Part shown: piece by piece, positions 1 through 9,811 of the stretch
Numbering within the stretch: the first letter of the stretch is position 1
How the letters are laid out: each line of letters starts with the position of its first letter
Source: Dehalococcoidia bacterium
Lineage (GTDB): Bacteria > Chloroflexota > Dehalococcoidia > UBA2979
DNA length: 64,000 nt
Assembly (NCBI GenBank): GCA_965262725.1
Contig: OZ253555.1
Span: forward strand, 3,136,001-3,200,000
Reading direction: 5' to 3'
Made by a program: the position numbers and the translations under genes
The notes under the pieces: model-generated
Told to the model about the DNA's origin: nothing
Seen by the model: only the letters and a program-made list of their open reading frames with translations
Databases searched by the model: none

Positions 1-1
1 T

Positions 2-235
2 CGCTCGCACCGGCTCGCGGCTGGCCCCCTCGACGGAGTCGTGCTCGGCGATCGTGAGGCGGAGCTCCCCCCACTCGAAATTGACGAAGCCCGGCCGCTC
101 GGAGCGCGGCCTCAGGCCGAGCACATCCCGGTAGAAGCGCAGCATCGGCGGAAAGTCGCCGGTCCACAGCATCACGCCGGCAACGCCGACGATCTCCCCG
201 TGCGCGCCCCGCGCGCCGTGGGGACGATCTGCCAC
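2..235 (-). CDS. VOC/glyoxalase family protein (runs off window start)
   Basis: Manual translation VADRPHG...IVGVAGVMLWTGDFPPMLRFYRDVLGL...FVNFEWGELRLTI. The FYRDVLGL motif is typical of VOC proteins. Not in the ORF track. Confidence 0.7.
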   Translation of the reverse strand, partial: MADRPHGARGAHGEIVGVAGVMLWTGDFPPMLRFYRDVLGLRPRSERPGFVNFEWGELRLTIAEHDSVEGASREPVRA

Positions 236-250
236 CGCCCGGCGCCCCGG

Positions 251-778
251 CTAGTCGAAGCTGGTGAGGATCACAGGGCGCGCATGCTCCGCGAAGCCCT
301 CCGCGCGCAGATAGGTCGGCGTCGTGCGAAAGAGGAGCCGCGTATAGCTCGGGTCATGCGGATGCGCGTCGCCCTGTCCGGTGGCCGCCTCGCGGCGGCG
401 GAAGAAGTCGGCGACCTCCTCCGGATCCTCGATCAGCTCGGCGGTGCCAGCGACCCAGACGTTCTTCGTGTACCCGAGTGACATATACGGGGGCCCCTCG
501 GCGTCGATGAAGAGATAGCCCACGGTCGGATTGTTGCGGACGTGCTGCACCTTGACCTGGTGGTGCTGGCTGATGGTCCCGATCGTCCAGCCCTCGACGA
601 AGGTGGAGACGGGGCGCATCACCGGCGTGCCGTTTCGGCGCAGCGTCATCAGGAACGAGAGCGTCCCCGCATGGTACCTCGAGATGAAGGCGCGAATCTC
701 CTCGCGGAGCGACTCCCCCGTCTCGGCGCCGACCGCCTTCTCCCCATCCCACACGCGGCCCAATCGCTGCGATGTCAT
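251..778 (-). CDS. Pyridoxamine 5'-phosphate oxidase-like split beta-barrel (PPOX/FDOR-like) protein, paralog 3
   Basis: Start re-called at MTSQRLG, after an AGGAA-like RBS. Motifs LMTLRRNGTP..RPV and KVQHVRNNPTV. Confidence 0.75.
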   Translation of the reverse strand: MTSQRLGRVWDGEKAVGAETGESLREEIRAFISRYHAGTLSFLMTLRRNGTPVMRPVSTFVEGWTIGTISQHHQVKVQHVRNNPTVGYLFIDAEGPPYMSLGYTKNVWVAGTAELIEDPEEVADFFRRREAATGQGDAHPHDPSYTRLLFRTTPTYLRAEGFAEHARPVILTSFD

Positions 779-825
779 GCTCGGTTCCTCTCCCTGCCCG
801 CCAGGCGGGCCCACCTCGGACTCCG

Positions 826-1359
826 CTACGCCGCCGGGACCGGCTCCGGGAACTCGCGCAGGATCACGGCCCGCATCGGCTCGCCCGGGGAGAAGCCCTC
901 GGCGCGGACGTACTGCGGCCGCGTACGGATCAGGATGCGCCGGTAGCTCTGGTCGGTCGGGTGCGCGTCGCTGCGGCCGGTCGCCGCCGCGCGGCGCTCG
1001 AAGAAGGCCGCCACTTCGTCCGGATCCTCGACCAGCTCCGCCACGCCCTGCATCCAGACGTTGCGCGGGAACTCGAGCCGGCCGTAGCGCTCGCCGTCGA
1101 CCTCCACCCAGAGGTAGCCGACGATGGGGTCGCGGCGCACGTGCGTGGTCTTCAGGTGCAGGTCCTGCGTGATGGTGTTGGCCGTCCACCCCTCGAGGAA
1201 GCTCCCCACCGGCCGCATGATCTCGCGACCGTCCCGGCGCCTAGTCATCAGGAATGCCCGGTTCTGGCTCCAGTTCGCGATGAAGGCGCGGATCTCCTCG
1301 CGGAGGGCGTCGGCATCGGCGGCCGGCACCTCGCGTTCGCTGTCGTAGGTCTCGCCCAC
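826..1359 (-). CDS. PPOX/FDOR-like protein, paralog 2
   Basis: LMTRRRDGR..RPV, KTTHVRRDPIV. GGAGG upstream of the GTG start. Confidence 0.75.
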   Translation of the reverse strand: MGETYDSEREVPAADADALREEIRAFIANWSQNRAFLMTRRRDGREIMRPVGSFLEGWTANTITQDLHLKTTHVRRDPIVGYLWVEVDGERYGRLEFPRNVWMQGVAELVEDPDEVAAFFERRAAATGRSDAHPTDQSYRRILIRTRPQYVRAEGFSPGEPMRAVILREFPEPVPAA

Positions 1360-1427
1360 GGCGGTCCCTCCTACACATCGCGCCGGGATGGTCCCGGCCC
1401 CCCGCCCCGGCCCCGAACCGGAAACTC

Positions 1428-1964
1428 TCAGCGCGCCGGGACGAATGCCCCCTCGCGCAGCACGACCGGGTGCAGTCCCTCGGCGAAGCCCTCCGCGCGC
1501 AGATAGCGCGGCGTGACTCGGATCAGGAGCGGCTTCCAGCCCTCGTCGTCCGCGTGCGGGTCGCCGCGGCCGGTCAGCTGGCGCCGATGCTCGTAGAAGT
1601 CGTCGATCTCCCCGCGATCCTCGACGAGCTCGGCGCGTCCCTCCACCCAGACGTTCTTGAGGTGCGGCGCCGGCGAGGTGGTCGTGTACGGCTCAAGTCC
1701 CACGAAGAGATAGCCGACGGTGGGGTCGTGCCGGACGTGCGAGGTCTTGACGTGCACGGCCTGCGTGATGGTGTGGATGCGCCAGCCGTCGACGAAGGCC
1801 GCCACCGGGCGGCTCACCGGCCGCCCGTCGCGGCGGAAGGTGACGAGGTAGGCACAGCGGGCCGATGCGTCTGAGATGAAGCTCTGGATGACGGCGGCGC
1901 GTTCTGAGGCCACCTCGGGCGAGACCTCCCGCTCGCGCTCGTAGACCTCGGCCGCGCTCAGCAT
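1428..1964 (-). CDS. PPOX/FDOR-like protein, paralog 1
   Basis: Start re-called at MLSAAEV, after AGGAGG. Motifs LVTFRRDGRP..RPV and KTSHVRHDPTV. Confidence 0.75.
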   Translation of the reverse strand: MLSAAEVYEREREVSPEVASERAAVIQSFISDASARCAYLVTFRRDGRPVSRPVAAFVDGWRIHTITQAVHVKTSHVRHDPTVGYLFVGLEPYTTTSPAPHLKNVWVEGRAELVEDRGEIDDFYEHRRQLTGRGDPHADDEGWKPLLIRVTPRYLRAEGFAEGLHPVVLREGAFVPAR

Positions 1965-2014
1965 GCCGCCTCCTCGCCGTCCGCGGACCATAGCAGGGCC
2001 GGGCGGCTCCGGGC

Positions 2015-2962
2015 TCACCCCGCCCCGTCGGCCCAGAAGGCCTCGGGCGGCGGGCCCCGGCCCCACCACTCGATCTCCGGGACGAGCCGCACGCCGGCGT
2101 GTGCGAGCACGCCGCGCTGCACGTCCGCCATCAGCGCCGCGATGTCCGCGGCGCTCGCCGTCCCGTCGTGCACGATGAAGTTCGCGTGGAGCTCGGAGAC
2201 ACGCGCCCCACCGACGGCGAGCCCCTTGAGCCCCGCCGCCTCGATCAGGCGACCGGCCGCGTCGCCGGGCGGATTGCGGAAGATCGATCCGGCGTTGCGC
2301 TCGGCGGTCGGCTGCGTGGCCTGCCGCGCCTGGAGCAGACGCCGCATCTCGGCCTCGATCTCGGGACGCGGGCGCGCCGTCAGGCGAAGGGTGGCGCCGA
2401 GCACGAGCACCCCCGATCCCTGCAGGCTCGTCGTGCGGTAGCCGAAGTCGAGGGAGGTCGTCGTGACGGCGCCGCCTTGCCACACCTCGACTTCGTCGAT
2501 GAGCGGCCCGATCGAGCGCCCGTCCCCGATGCCGGCGTTGCTCTGGAGCGCGCCGCCAAGCGAGCCGGGGATCCCGATCGTGAACTCGAGGTCGCCGAGC
2601 TCGCGGGCCGCGGCGGCGCGAGCGAGGGCCGGGAGCATCACGGCCGCGCCGGCGCGCACGCCGGTCGATCCGAGTTCGCCCCCCCACCGAACCTCGCCGC
2701 AGCAACGCCTGAGCGAGAGCACGAGCCCCGGCCACCCCTCGTCGGCGACGAGCAGGTTGGAGCCGCCGCCGAGCACGCGCACCGCCACTCCGGCCTGCGA
2801 CGCCCACGAGAGCACGCGCCGCAGCGACTCACGGTCCGGCGGCTCGGCATAGAGGTCGGCCGGGCCGCCGAGGCGCAGGTAGGTGTGCCGTGCGAGCGGC
2901 TCTGCCGGGCGCAGCCCGAGCTCCACGGGAGGCGAGGGCACGCCCCCGGCCGCCGCCGCCAC
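2015..2962 (-). CDS. murB: UDP-N-acetylenolpyruvoylglucosamine reductase
   Basis: HTYLRLGGPA, VLGGGSNLLV, GIPGSLGGA..NAG, GSIFRNP, VSELHANFIV. Start is GTG 2962 or 2941. Confidence 0.93.
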   Translation of the reverse strand: MAAAAGGVPSPPVELGLRPAEPLARHTYLRLGGPADLYAEPPDRESLRRVLSWASQAGVAVRVLGGGSNLLVADEGWPGLVLSLRRCCGEVRWGGELGSTGVRAGAAVMLPALARAAAARELGDLEFTIGIPGSLGGALQSNAGIGDGRSIGPLIDEVEVWQGGAVTTTSLDFGYRTTSLQGSGVLVLGATLRLTARPRPEIEAEMRRLLQARQATQPTAERNAGSIFRNPPGDAAGRLIEAAGLKGLAVGGARVSELHANFIVHDGTASAADIAALMADVQRGVLAHAGVRLVPEIEWWGRGPPPEAFWADGAG

Positions 2963-3098
2963 TACCCGCCGCCCCGTCGCCGCGCCGCCTCCATGGCGCG
3001 ATGGTACGCCGGTGGCGGGTCCCGGGCCCCTCCTCGCAGCGGCGGCGGGGAGCCTGTAGGCTCGGCGCCGACACGCCGGGAACGGGAGCAAGGCGGCG

Positions 3099-3644
3099 AT
3101 GATCGACTTCGGGCTCGTCGATGCCGTCGACGCCGATGCGGTCGGGCCGCCCGGCGAGCGGCGGTTCCGGCTCATCGCGCGCTCGTCCGGGCGCCACGCG
3201 ACCCTGTGGATGGAGAAGGAGCAGATCACAGCGCTGGGGCGCAGCTTCTCGCAGCTGCTCGCCGAGCGCTCGCGCCACCGCGGCACCCCCGACTCGGACG
3301 TGCCGCCCTTCGGCGCCCAGCCGGAGACGCCCGACATCGAGGTGCACGTCGCCAGGCTCGGTATCGACTTCCTCCCCGAGCAGGAGCACATCGTGCTGCT
3401 CGCCGACGACCGCGAGGCGCTGGAACGCGGCGAGAGCCCGCGTCTGCGCCTCGAGCTCGCCCGCAACCAGACGCTCGCCGTGATCCGCCACATCCGCGCG
3501 GTGGTCGCCGGCGGGCGGCCGCGCTGCCCGCTCTGCGGCCAGTCGCTGGAGGAGGCGGGCGCCGAGCACTTCTGCCCGCGCACGAACGGGCACTCGGAGG
3601 AGCTGAGCGTCCCCGAGGCCGGGGAGGAGCCCGGGAGGGGCTAG
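3099..3644 (+). CDS. DUF3090 family protein
   Basis: DAVGPPGERRF, WMEKEQ, C-terminal GRPRCPLCG...HFCPRTNGH. Confidence 0.85.
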   Translation: MIDFGLVDAVDADAVGPPGERRFRLIARSSGRHATLWMEKEQITALGRSFSQLLAERSRHRGTPDSDVPPFGAQPETPDIEVHVARLGIDFLPEQEHIVLLADDREALERGESPRLRLELARNQTLAVIRHIRAVVAGGRPRCPLCGQSLEEAGAEHFCPRTNGHSEELSVPEAGEEPGRG

Positions 3645-3678
3645 CCGCGGGGGGGCTCCCGCACCGCGCATCGGGGGG

Positions 3679-3915
3679 GACATCTACACGGTCGCGCACG
3701 CCACAATCCCCTACCCCGCCGGGACGACCCGCGGGCGCATCGACCGGCGCGGCCTCGACTACAGCGCCGCCTTCGCCGCGACGATGGAGCAGGGGCAGTG
3801 GGTCGACTACATGTTCCCCAATCCCACCACGGGCGAGGACGACCTCAAGCACACCTGGGTCGTCCTCAACGACGGCCGGACCTTCGGCTCCGGCTGGTAC
3901 AAGGCCGCCGGCTAG
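3679..3915 (+). pseudogene. Orphan Cache-like sensory domain fragment
   Basis: Frame reads [11 protein letters not shown]...[40 protein letters not shown]. No start codon ahead of the domain. Confidence 0.55.
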
Positions 3916-4079
3916 GAACCGCCGCGGCGCGGGGACCGCCCCCGCCTCTCCCACAGCCTGTGCCGCCCGCGCCTGCTACGATCCGCCGCCGGCACAGGCG
4001 CGCCCGCGGACCGACCTGCCCTGAACGACGAGGGTCGCGGGCGGCCCGGCGCGGCCGCGAGCAGCAGGAGAGGCAGCCG

Positions 4080-5756
4080 ATGTCGTTCGATCCCAGGCAC
4101 CGCAGCCGCACGCTGGTGGACGGCCCCGACCGTGCTCCGGCGCGCTCCTACTTCAAGTCGGTCGGCCTCACCAGCGAGGACCTGCGCCGGCCGCTGGTGA
4201 TGGTGGCGCACAGCTGGATCGGGACGATGCCTTGCAACTTCAGCCAGCGCGAGCTGGCGCAGCAGGTCATGGAGGGCGTGCGCGCGGCGGGCGGCACGCC
4301 GATGGAGGTCAACACCGTCGCGATCTCCGATGGCATCTCGATGGGCACGGAGGGGATGAAAGCATCCCTCATCAGCCGGGAGCTGATCGCCGACTCGATC
4401 GAGCTCTGCGGGGTCGGCTACTCCTTCGACGCAGCGGTGATCATCGTCGGGTGCGACAAGACGATCCCCGCGGGGCCGATGGCGCTCGCCCGTCTCAACC
4501 TCCCGGGCCTCGTCCTCTACTCCGGGTCCATAGCCCCCGGGCGCTATGAGGACGCAGATGTCACGATCCAGGACGTGTTCGAAGCCGTCGGTCGCCACGC
4601 CGCCGGCACGCTCTCCGCTCGCGAGCTCACGGCGCTCGAGGACGTCGCCTGCCCCGGCGCCGGCGCCTGCGGGGCCCAGTACACCGCGAACACCATGGCG
4701 ACGGTCCTGGAGTTCCTCGGGATCTCGCCACTGGGGAGCGCCACCGTCGGCGCCACCGACCCGCGCAAGGACGAGGTGGGCCGGCGCGCCGGCGAGCTGG
4801 TCATGGATCTGCTCCGGCGCGGCGTGCGGCCGCTCGACCTGCTGACGAGGCCCGCGCTTGAGAACGGCATCGCCTGCGCGGCCGCGACCGGCGGCTCCAC
4901 GAACGTGGTGCTGCATCTGCTCGCGATCGCACGCGAGGCCGGTGTCGGCCTCGGGATCGACGACTTCGACCGCATCAGCGAGCAGACGCCGCTGATCGGC
5001 GACCTGCGGCCGGGCGGTCGCTTCGTGGCCCTGGACTGGGACCGCGCCGGCGGGACACCCCTGCTCGCTCAGCGACTGCTCGCCGGAGACAAGCTCCACG
5101 GCGACGTCATGACGGTGACGGGGCGCACACTCGCCGAGGAGGCAGCGGCCGCGCCCGGGGAGACGCCCGGGCAGCAGGTCATCCGCAGTCTGGACGAGCC
5201 GCTCAAGGCGACCGGCGGCCTCGTGATCCTGCGGGGCAACCTCGCCCCCGAGGGCTGCGTCATCAAGGTCGCAGGCCACGAGCGCGTGACGCACCAGGGC
5301 CCCGCGCGCGTCTTCGAGCGCGAGGAGGACGCGATGCAGGCGGTGCTTGAGCGCCGGATCACCCCCGGCGACGTGGTCGTGATCCGGAACGAGGGGCCCC
5401 GGGGCGGGCCCGGCATGCGCGAGATGCTCGGCGTCACCGCGGCGCTCGTCGGCGCGGGACTCGACGACTCTGTCGCGCTCCTCACCGATGGCCGCTTCTC
5501 GGGGGCGACGCGCGGGCTGATGGCAGGCCACGTCGCGCCCGAGGCCGCGGCCGGCGGCCCGATCGCGCTCCTCCGGGAGGGCGATCCGATCCGCTTCGAC
5601 ATCCCGGGCCGCCGCCTCGACGTCGAGGTCGCGGCGGCCGAGATCGAGAGCCGGCGGGCATCGTGGGAGCCGCCTGAGCCGCGTTACGTGAGAGGGGTCT
5701 TCGCGAAGTACGCGCGCTCGGTCTCAGGCGCCGAGGAGGGAGCCGTCACCCGCTAG
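4080..5756 (+). CDS. ilvD: Dihydroxy-acid dehydratase
   Basis: [43 protein letters not shown]. Confidence 0.96.
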   Translation: MSFDPRHRSRTLVDGPDRAPARSYFKSVGLTSEDLRRPLVMVAHSWIGTMPCNFSQRELAQQVMEGVRAAGGTPMEVNTVAISDGISMGTEGMKASLISRELIADSIELCGVGYSFDAAVIIVGCDKTIPAGPMALARLNLPGLVLYSGSIAPGRYEDADVTIQDVFEAVGRHAAGTLSARELTALEDVACPGAGACGAQYTANTMATVLEFLGISPLGSATVGATDPRKDEVGRRAGELVMDLLRRGVRPLDLLTRPALENGIACAAATGGSTNVVLHLLAIAREAGVGLGIDDFDRISEQTPLIGDLRPGGRFVALDWDRAGGTPLLAQRLLAGDKLHGDVMTVTGRTLAEEAAAAPGETPGQQVIRSLDEPLKATGGLVILRGNLAPEGCVIKVAGHERVTHQGPARVFEREEDAMQAVLERRITPGDVVVIRNEGPRGGPGMREMLGVTAALVGAGLDDSVALLTDGRFSGATRGLMAGHVAPEAAAGGPIALLREGDPIRFDIPGRRLDVEVAAAEIESRRASWEPPEPRYVRGVFAKYARSVSGAEEGAVTR

Positions 5757-6585
5757 GGGCCGCCGGGGAACCGGGAGACTCCCCGCGGCCGCCCGCGGGC
5801 GCAATCGGGTCGAGCACGGCGCGCCACGCCGCCGGGCCGAAGCCGCCGTCGAGGTGCAGGGTGTGGCCGACCAGCATCACCGACTCCTCCGAGCACACCC
5901 AGGCGACGGCCGCCGCCACGTCGTCGGGTGCCACGTTCCGCCCGGCCGGCACGTAGGGGCGCACCCGTCCGGAGACCTCGGCGCGCACGCTGCGCTCCCC
6001 CTCCGAGCCCTCGACCCAGCCCGCCGAGACCCCGTTCACGCGGATCCCGCGCGGCGCCAGCTCGACCGCGAGGTAGAGCGTGAGCGACTCCAGCGCCGCC
6101 TTGCTCACCCCCACCGCCGCGTAGCCAGCCATGTAGTGGTGCGAACCTGGAGAGAGCAGGTTCACGATCGAGCCGCCGCCGGCCTCCTGGAGCAGGGGTG
6201 CCGCGAGCTGCGCGGCACGCCAGGGCCCGAAGAGGTTCACCTCCATCGCCCGGTGCAGGTGGGCCGGACGCTGATCGATGGCCGCGCGGGGGCGCTCTAG
6301 CCCGCGCGCGGCGTTGTTGACGAGGATGTCGAGGCCGCCCGCGAGCCGCGCACGCTCGATGAGCGACCGGAGGTCCTCGGGCACGCCCGCGTCGGAGCGC
6401 AGCGCCTCCGCCTTCACCCCCCGCGCCCGGCACTCCGCGACGGTCTCGTCGGCGTCCTCCTGCGAGCGGGCGTAGGTGAGGAGCACGTGCGCTCCCTCAT
6501 CCGCGAGCCGGAGGGCGATCGCACGGCCGATCCCACGCGACCCACCGAGCACGAGAGCGCGCCGCCCCGCCAAGGAGTCGTACAT
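5746..6585 (-). CDS. SDR family oxidoreductase (FabL/enoyl-ACP reductase-like)
   Basis: [23 protein letters not shown]. Confidence 0.85.
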   Translation of the reverse strand: MYDSLAGRRALVLGGSRGIGRAIALRLADEGAHVLLTYARSQEDADETVAECRARGVKAEALRSDAGVPEDLRSLIERARLAGGLDILVNNAARGLERPRAAIDQRPAHLHRAMEVNLFGPWRAAQLAAPLLQEAGGGSIVNLLSPGSHHYMAGYAAVGVSKAALESLTLYLAVELAPRGIRVNGVSAGWVEGSEGERSVRAEVSGRVRPYVPAGRNVAPDDVAAAVAWVCSEESVMLVGHTLHLDGGFGPAAWRAVLDPIAPAGGRGESPGSPAAPSG

Positions 6586-6652
6586 GCGGGGCAGTATGCC
6601 GTAGGCGGCGGCCGGGCGGCCGACGGGACGGGGCCGGGGCCCGCGGTCCGGG

Positions 6653-6973
6653 TCAGGAGTCCCCGGGCGCGGGGGGTTCCGGATCGTCCTCGACGAGCCG
6701 CAGCAGCAGCTTCCGCAGCCGCGGCGAGCGCTGGATCTCGCGCCGCAGCCGGCGGATCTCGCGCTCGTTCACGATCAGGGGCTGTCGCTCGAAACGTCCG
6801 TCGGGGCTGTAGGAGGAGAAGCGGATCGCGTACTGCCCCTTCTTCTCGCCGAGCTCGTAGCGCAGCAGCTGGAGGGCCGGCTGGTGGAGCCCGCCCTCGA
6901 TCGCGGCCTCCTCCAGGATCAGCCCGGTCCCCCAAGGGAGCGAGAACTGGCGCGGCACGCGGCGCTGCGGCAT
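6653..6973 (-). CDS. Hypothetical protein (106 aa)
   Basis: GGAGG RBS; protein-like composition; no family recognised. Confidence 0.65.
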   Translation of the reverse strand: MPQRRVPRQFSLPWGTGLILEEAAIEGGLHQPALQLLRYELGEKKGQYAIRFSSYSPDGRFERQPLIVNEREIRRLRREIQRSPRLRKLLLRLVEDDPEPPAPGDS

Positions 6974-7099
6974 CGGCCACCTCCCGACGTCCGGCGCGGG
7001 CTCCCGCCCCGAATCACGGAGCCGCCCGCGGCGGAGTCCGTCCCCCCGCGCGCAGCCGGAGGGCGATACTACCGCACGGGCCGCGGCGCGTGGGGTCGG

Positions 7100-8365
7100 C
7101 TACGGCGCCCCGGCCGCGACCTGGGAGAGTGCGATCGCGAAGCGCCCGATCGCCTCGCGCAGGAGCTCCGGCGGATGCGCCGAGTAGACGAGGCGCAGCT
7201 GGCTCTCCCCCCGCTCCTCCGGCGGAGGCGCGCCGACGGGGAGCGCCCCGGGGTCCGGGTAGTAGCCCTCGCCGGGCGTCACCGCGACGCCCTTGCGCGC
7301 GGCGGCGGCGACCACGGCGGAGGCACGCAGCCCCCCGGCGAGGCGGAGCCAGTGGAAGAAGCCGCCGGCCGGGCTACGGAAGCGCACGTGCGCGCCGCAG
7401 AGTTCGGCGAGGGCACGGGCCGAGGCGTCGCGCCGCTCCCGGTAGAGCGCGCAGAGATCGGCCACGTGCGCGTCGTAGTGGCCGCCGGCCAGGTACTCAT
7501 GCACCGTCCTCTGCACGAAGGGCGAGGCGCCGTTGTCGAAGCGCATGAACGCGAGGCGCTCGACGATCGGCGGGTCGGCCGTGATCCAGCCGACCCGCAG
7601 CCCCGTCCCGATCGTCTTCGAGAAGGTGCCGACGCGCAGGATCCCGCGCCCCTCGGCCGCGGCGAAGAGGGGCGCGGGGGGAGGCCCGTCGAGGTCGATG
7701 CCGGTGTAGGCGTCGTCCTCGACGATCAGCGCGCCGTGCTCGCGGGCGAGCCGGACCAACTCTGTGCGCCGCTCCCACGGGAGCGTCGAGCCGCTCGGGT
7801 TGTCGTAGTTGGCGACCACGTAGAGGAGCTTGGCCGGCGTCCCGCCGGCCTCAAGGCGGCGCAGCGCGACGGCGAGCGCCGACGGCTCGATGCCGTCGGC
7901 GTCCTGCGGCACCGACGCGATCCGGGCGCCGCGCGCGCGGAAGGCGCGGACCGCTCCTGGGTAGGTGGGTGCCGGCGTGACCACAACGTCGTTCGGGCCC
8001 AGGAAGGTCGCCGCGATGTTGTCGATGGCGTGGGCCGAGCCCGAGGTCAGAGTGATGTGCCCGGACGTGAGCTCAACGCCCGTCTCAGCGGTCTGCCGCT
8101 CCGCGATCCACGCCCGCAGCGGCTCGTACCCGAGCGCGCCGCCGTAGGTAAGCGCCCCGGCCGGGTCGCGGTCGAGCGCGCGCAGCACGGCCTCGGCGAG
8201 CTCGCGGGCGGGAAGGCTCGCCGCGTCCGGGAGCCCGGCGTTGAGATCGAAGGGAAGCTCAGAGAGCGACGTCGGCGGGCGCAGCTCGCGCACGGCGGGG
8301 GCGAGCAGCCGCTCGATGAAGTCGGCTTCCCCCGCGCCCGGCCCGTCGTCGCTGCTGCTCGCCAT
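7100..8365 (-). CDS. PLP-dependent aminotransferase class I (MocR/LysN-like)
   Basis: NYDNPSG, IVEDDAY, GTFSKTIGTGLRVGW. Confidence 0.9.
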   Translation of the reverse strand: MASSSDDGPGAGEADFIERLLAPAVRELRPPTSLSELPFDLNAGLPDAASLPARELAEAVLRALDRDPAGALTYGGALGYEPLRAWIAERQTAETGVELTSGHITLTSGSAHAIDNIAATFLGPNDVVVTPAPTYPGAVRAFRARGARIASVPQDADGIEPSALAVALRRLEAGGTPAKLLYVVANYDNPSGSTLPWERRTELVRLAREHGALIVEDDAYTGIDLDGPPPAPLFAAAEGRGILRVGTFSKTIGTGLRVGWITADPPIVERLAFMRFDNGASPFVQRTVHEYLAGGHYDAHVADLCALYRERRDASARALAELCGAHVRFRSPAGGFFHWLRLAGGLRASAVVAAAARKGVAVTPGEGYYPDPGALPVGAPPPEERGESQLRLVYSAHPPELLREAIGRFAIALSQVAAGAP

Positions 8366-8459
8366 CGGGGCGGCAGCGTATCAGCCGCTCCCGCTGGCGG
8401 CATCGTCGGCAGCCGGTGCGCCTGCTATCGTCACGCCGCGTGCGGGGACGGGACGGTCG

Positions 8460-9266
8460 ATGACAGGCGCGGTGCCGCGAGCGGGCGAGACCGGGGGCGA
8501 CGTGCAACTCGTGCTCGAGAGCATCGCCGCGGGTGCCGCCACCATCCGCCTGAACCGGCCGGGCAAGCGCAACGCCGTCAACCGGGCGCTCGCGCTCGCG
8601 CTCCAGCAGGCGGTCGCGCGCGCCGACGCCGACGCCTCGATCGCAGCGATCGTGATCGCGGGCGCCCCGGGGATCTTCTCCGCCGGCGCGGACATGACCG
8701 AGGCGCTTGCGACCTACTCCGAGCACGGAGGGCAGCCGGGCGAGGCGATCGCGAACCCGCTCGGCGACGCCGCCCGGCGCATCCAGTACTCCCCGAAACC
8801 GACGATCGCGGCCATCGACGGCCCCGCCTACGGCGGCGGCGCCGTGCTCGCCCTCGCCTGCGACCTGAGACTCATCACCGGGCGCGGCCGCTTCCGCTTC
8901 CCCGGTGCCGAGAACGGCCTAATCGTCGCACCAGTCGCGCTGACGCGGCTGGTCGGGGCAGCCGTCGCCAAGGAGTTGCTCTTCAGTTCGCGCGTCGTCG
9001 AGGCGGAGGAGGCGGTACGGATCGGACTCGCGAACCGCCTCGTCGCCGAGGATGCCCTCGACGTCGAGGTCGCCGCGCTCACCGACGCGATCGCGCGCTC
9101 CTCTCCGCAGGCGATGGGCTGGCTCAAGCGCATCGTCGACGCCACCGCGAGCGGGGGGGACGCGCGAGCTCTCGAGGAGCAAGCCGACCGCATGACGCGC
9201 GGCTCCGCCGACAACCTGGAGCGCTTCCGGGCGGCCACGGAGCGCGTGACCGGCCGCGGCGGGTAG
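8460..9266 (+). CDS. Enoyl-CoA hydratase/isomerase family protein
   Basis: LNRPGKRNAV, FSAGADM, KPTIAAIDGPAYGGG. Confidence 0.88.
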   Translation: MTGAVPRAGETGGDVQLVLESIAAGAATIRLNRPGKRNAVNRALALALQQAVARADADASIAAIVIAGAPGIFSAGADMTEALATYSEHGGQPGEAIANPLGDAARRIQYSPKPTIAAIDGPAYGGGAVLALACDLRLITGRGRFRFPGAENGLIVAPVALTRLVGAAVAKELLFSSRVVEAEEAVRIGLANRLVAEDALDVEVAALTDAIARSSPQAMGWLKRIVDATASGGDARALEEQADRMTRGSADNLERFRAATERVTGRGG

Positions 9267-9269
9267 AGC

Positions 9270-9797
9270 GTGGCGGCGCTCGGCCGAGGCGTGGAGGCCG
9301 AGGTCGTCGCGCGCGCGCGCGAAGCGGGCCTGCGACTCGCGACGGCGGAGTCGAGCACCGGCGGTCTGATCGGCCACCGCCTCGCCGCCGTGCCAGGCGC
9401 CTCGGCCGTGCTCGCTGGCGGGATCACCGCCTACGCCGATGGGGCGAAAGAGGCGCTGCTCGGCGTACCGGCGCGGCTGCTCGCCGAGCGGGGGGCCGTC
9501 TCCTCCGAGGTCGCCTCGGCGATGGCACGCGGGGCGCGGGATGCCTTCGGAGCGGCCATCGCGCTGGCGGAGACCGGGGTGGCGGGACCCGCCGCCAGCG
9601 AGGCGAAACCGGCCGGCCTCTACTACCTTGCCGCCCTCGGCCCGGGCTGCGAGCTCACCGAGCGCGCCCTCTTTGGTGGCGGGCGGCAGGAGAGGCAGTG
9701 GGCCGCCTCGGAGGCCGCGCTCCGACTCGCCCTCGTCTGCCTCGACGGGGCGGCATCCGCGGGCCCGGCGGCATCAGACCCGGCGACAGCGTCGTGA
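9270..9797 (+). CDS. CinA C-terminal / NMN amidohydrolase (PncC) family protein
   Basis: ATAESSTGGLI, PGAS, GAVSSEVA..MARG, ETGVAGP. Confidence 0.88.
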   Translation: MAALGRGVEAEVVARAREAGLRLATAESSTGGLIGHRLAAVPGASAVLAGGITAYADGAKEALLGVPARLLAERGAVSSEVASAMARGARDAFGAAIALAETGVAGPAASEAKPAGLYYLAALGPGCELTERALFGGGRQERQWAASEAALRLALVCLDGAASAGPAASDPATAS

Positions 9798-9811
9798 CGG
9801 AGGGGGGAGGC

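Noticed and set aside
6884-9793. N-terminal ~970 aa of the 1864-aa ORF
   Set aside because: GC-rich open frame overlapping three real genes; aminopeptidase similarity starts only near 9812.
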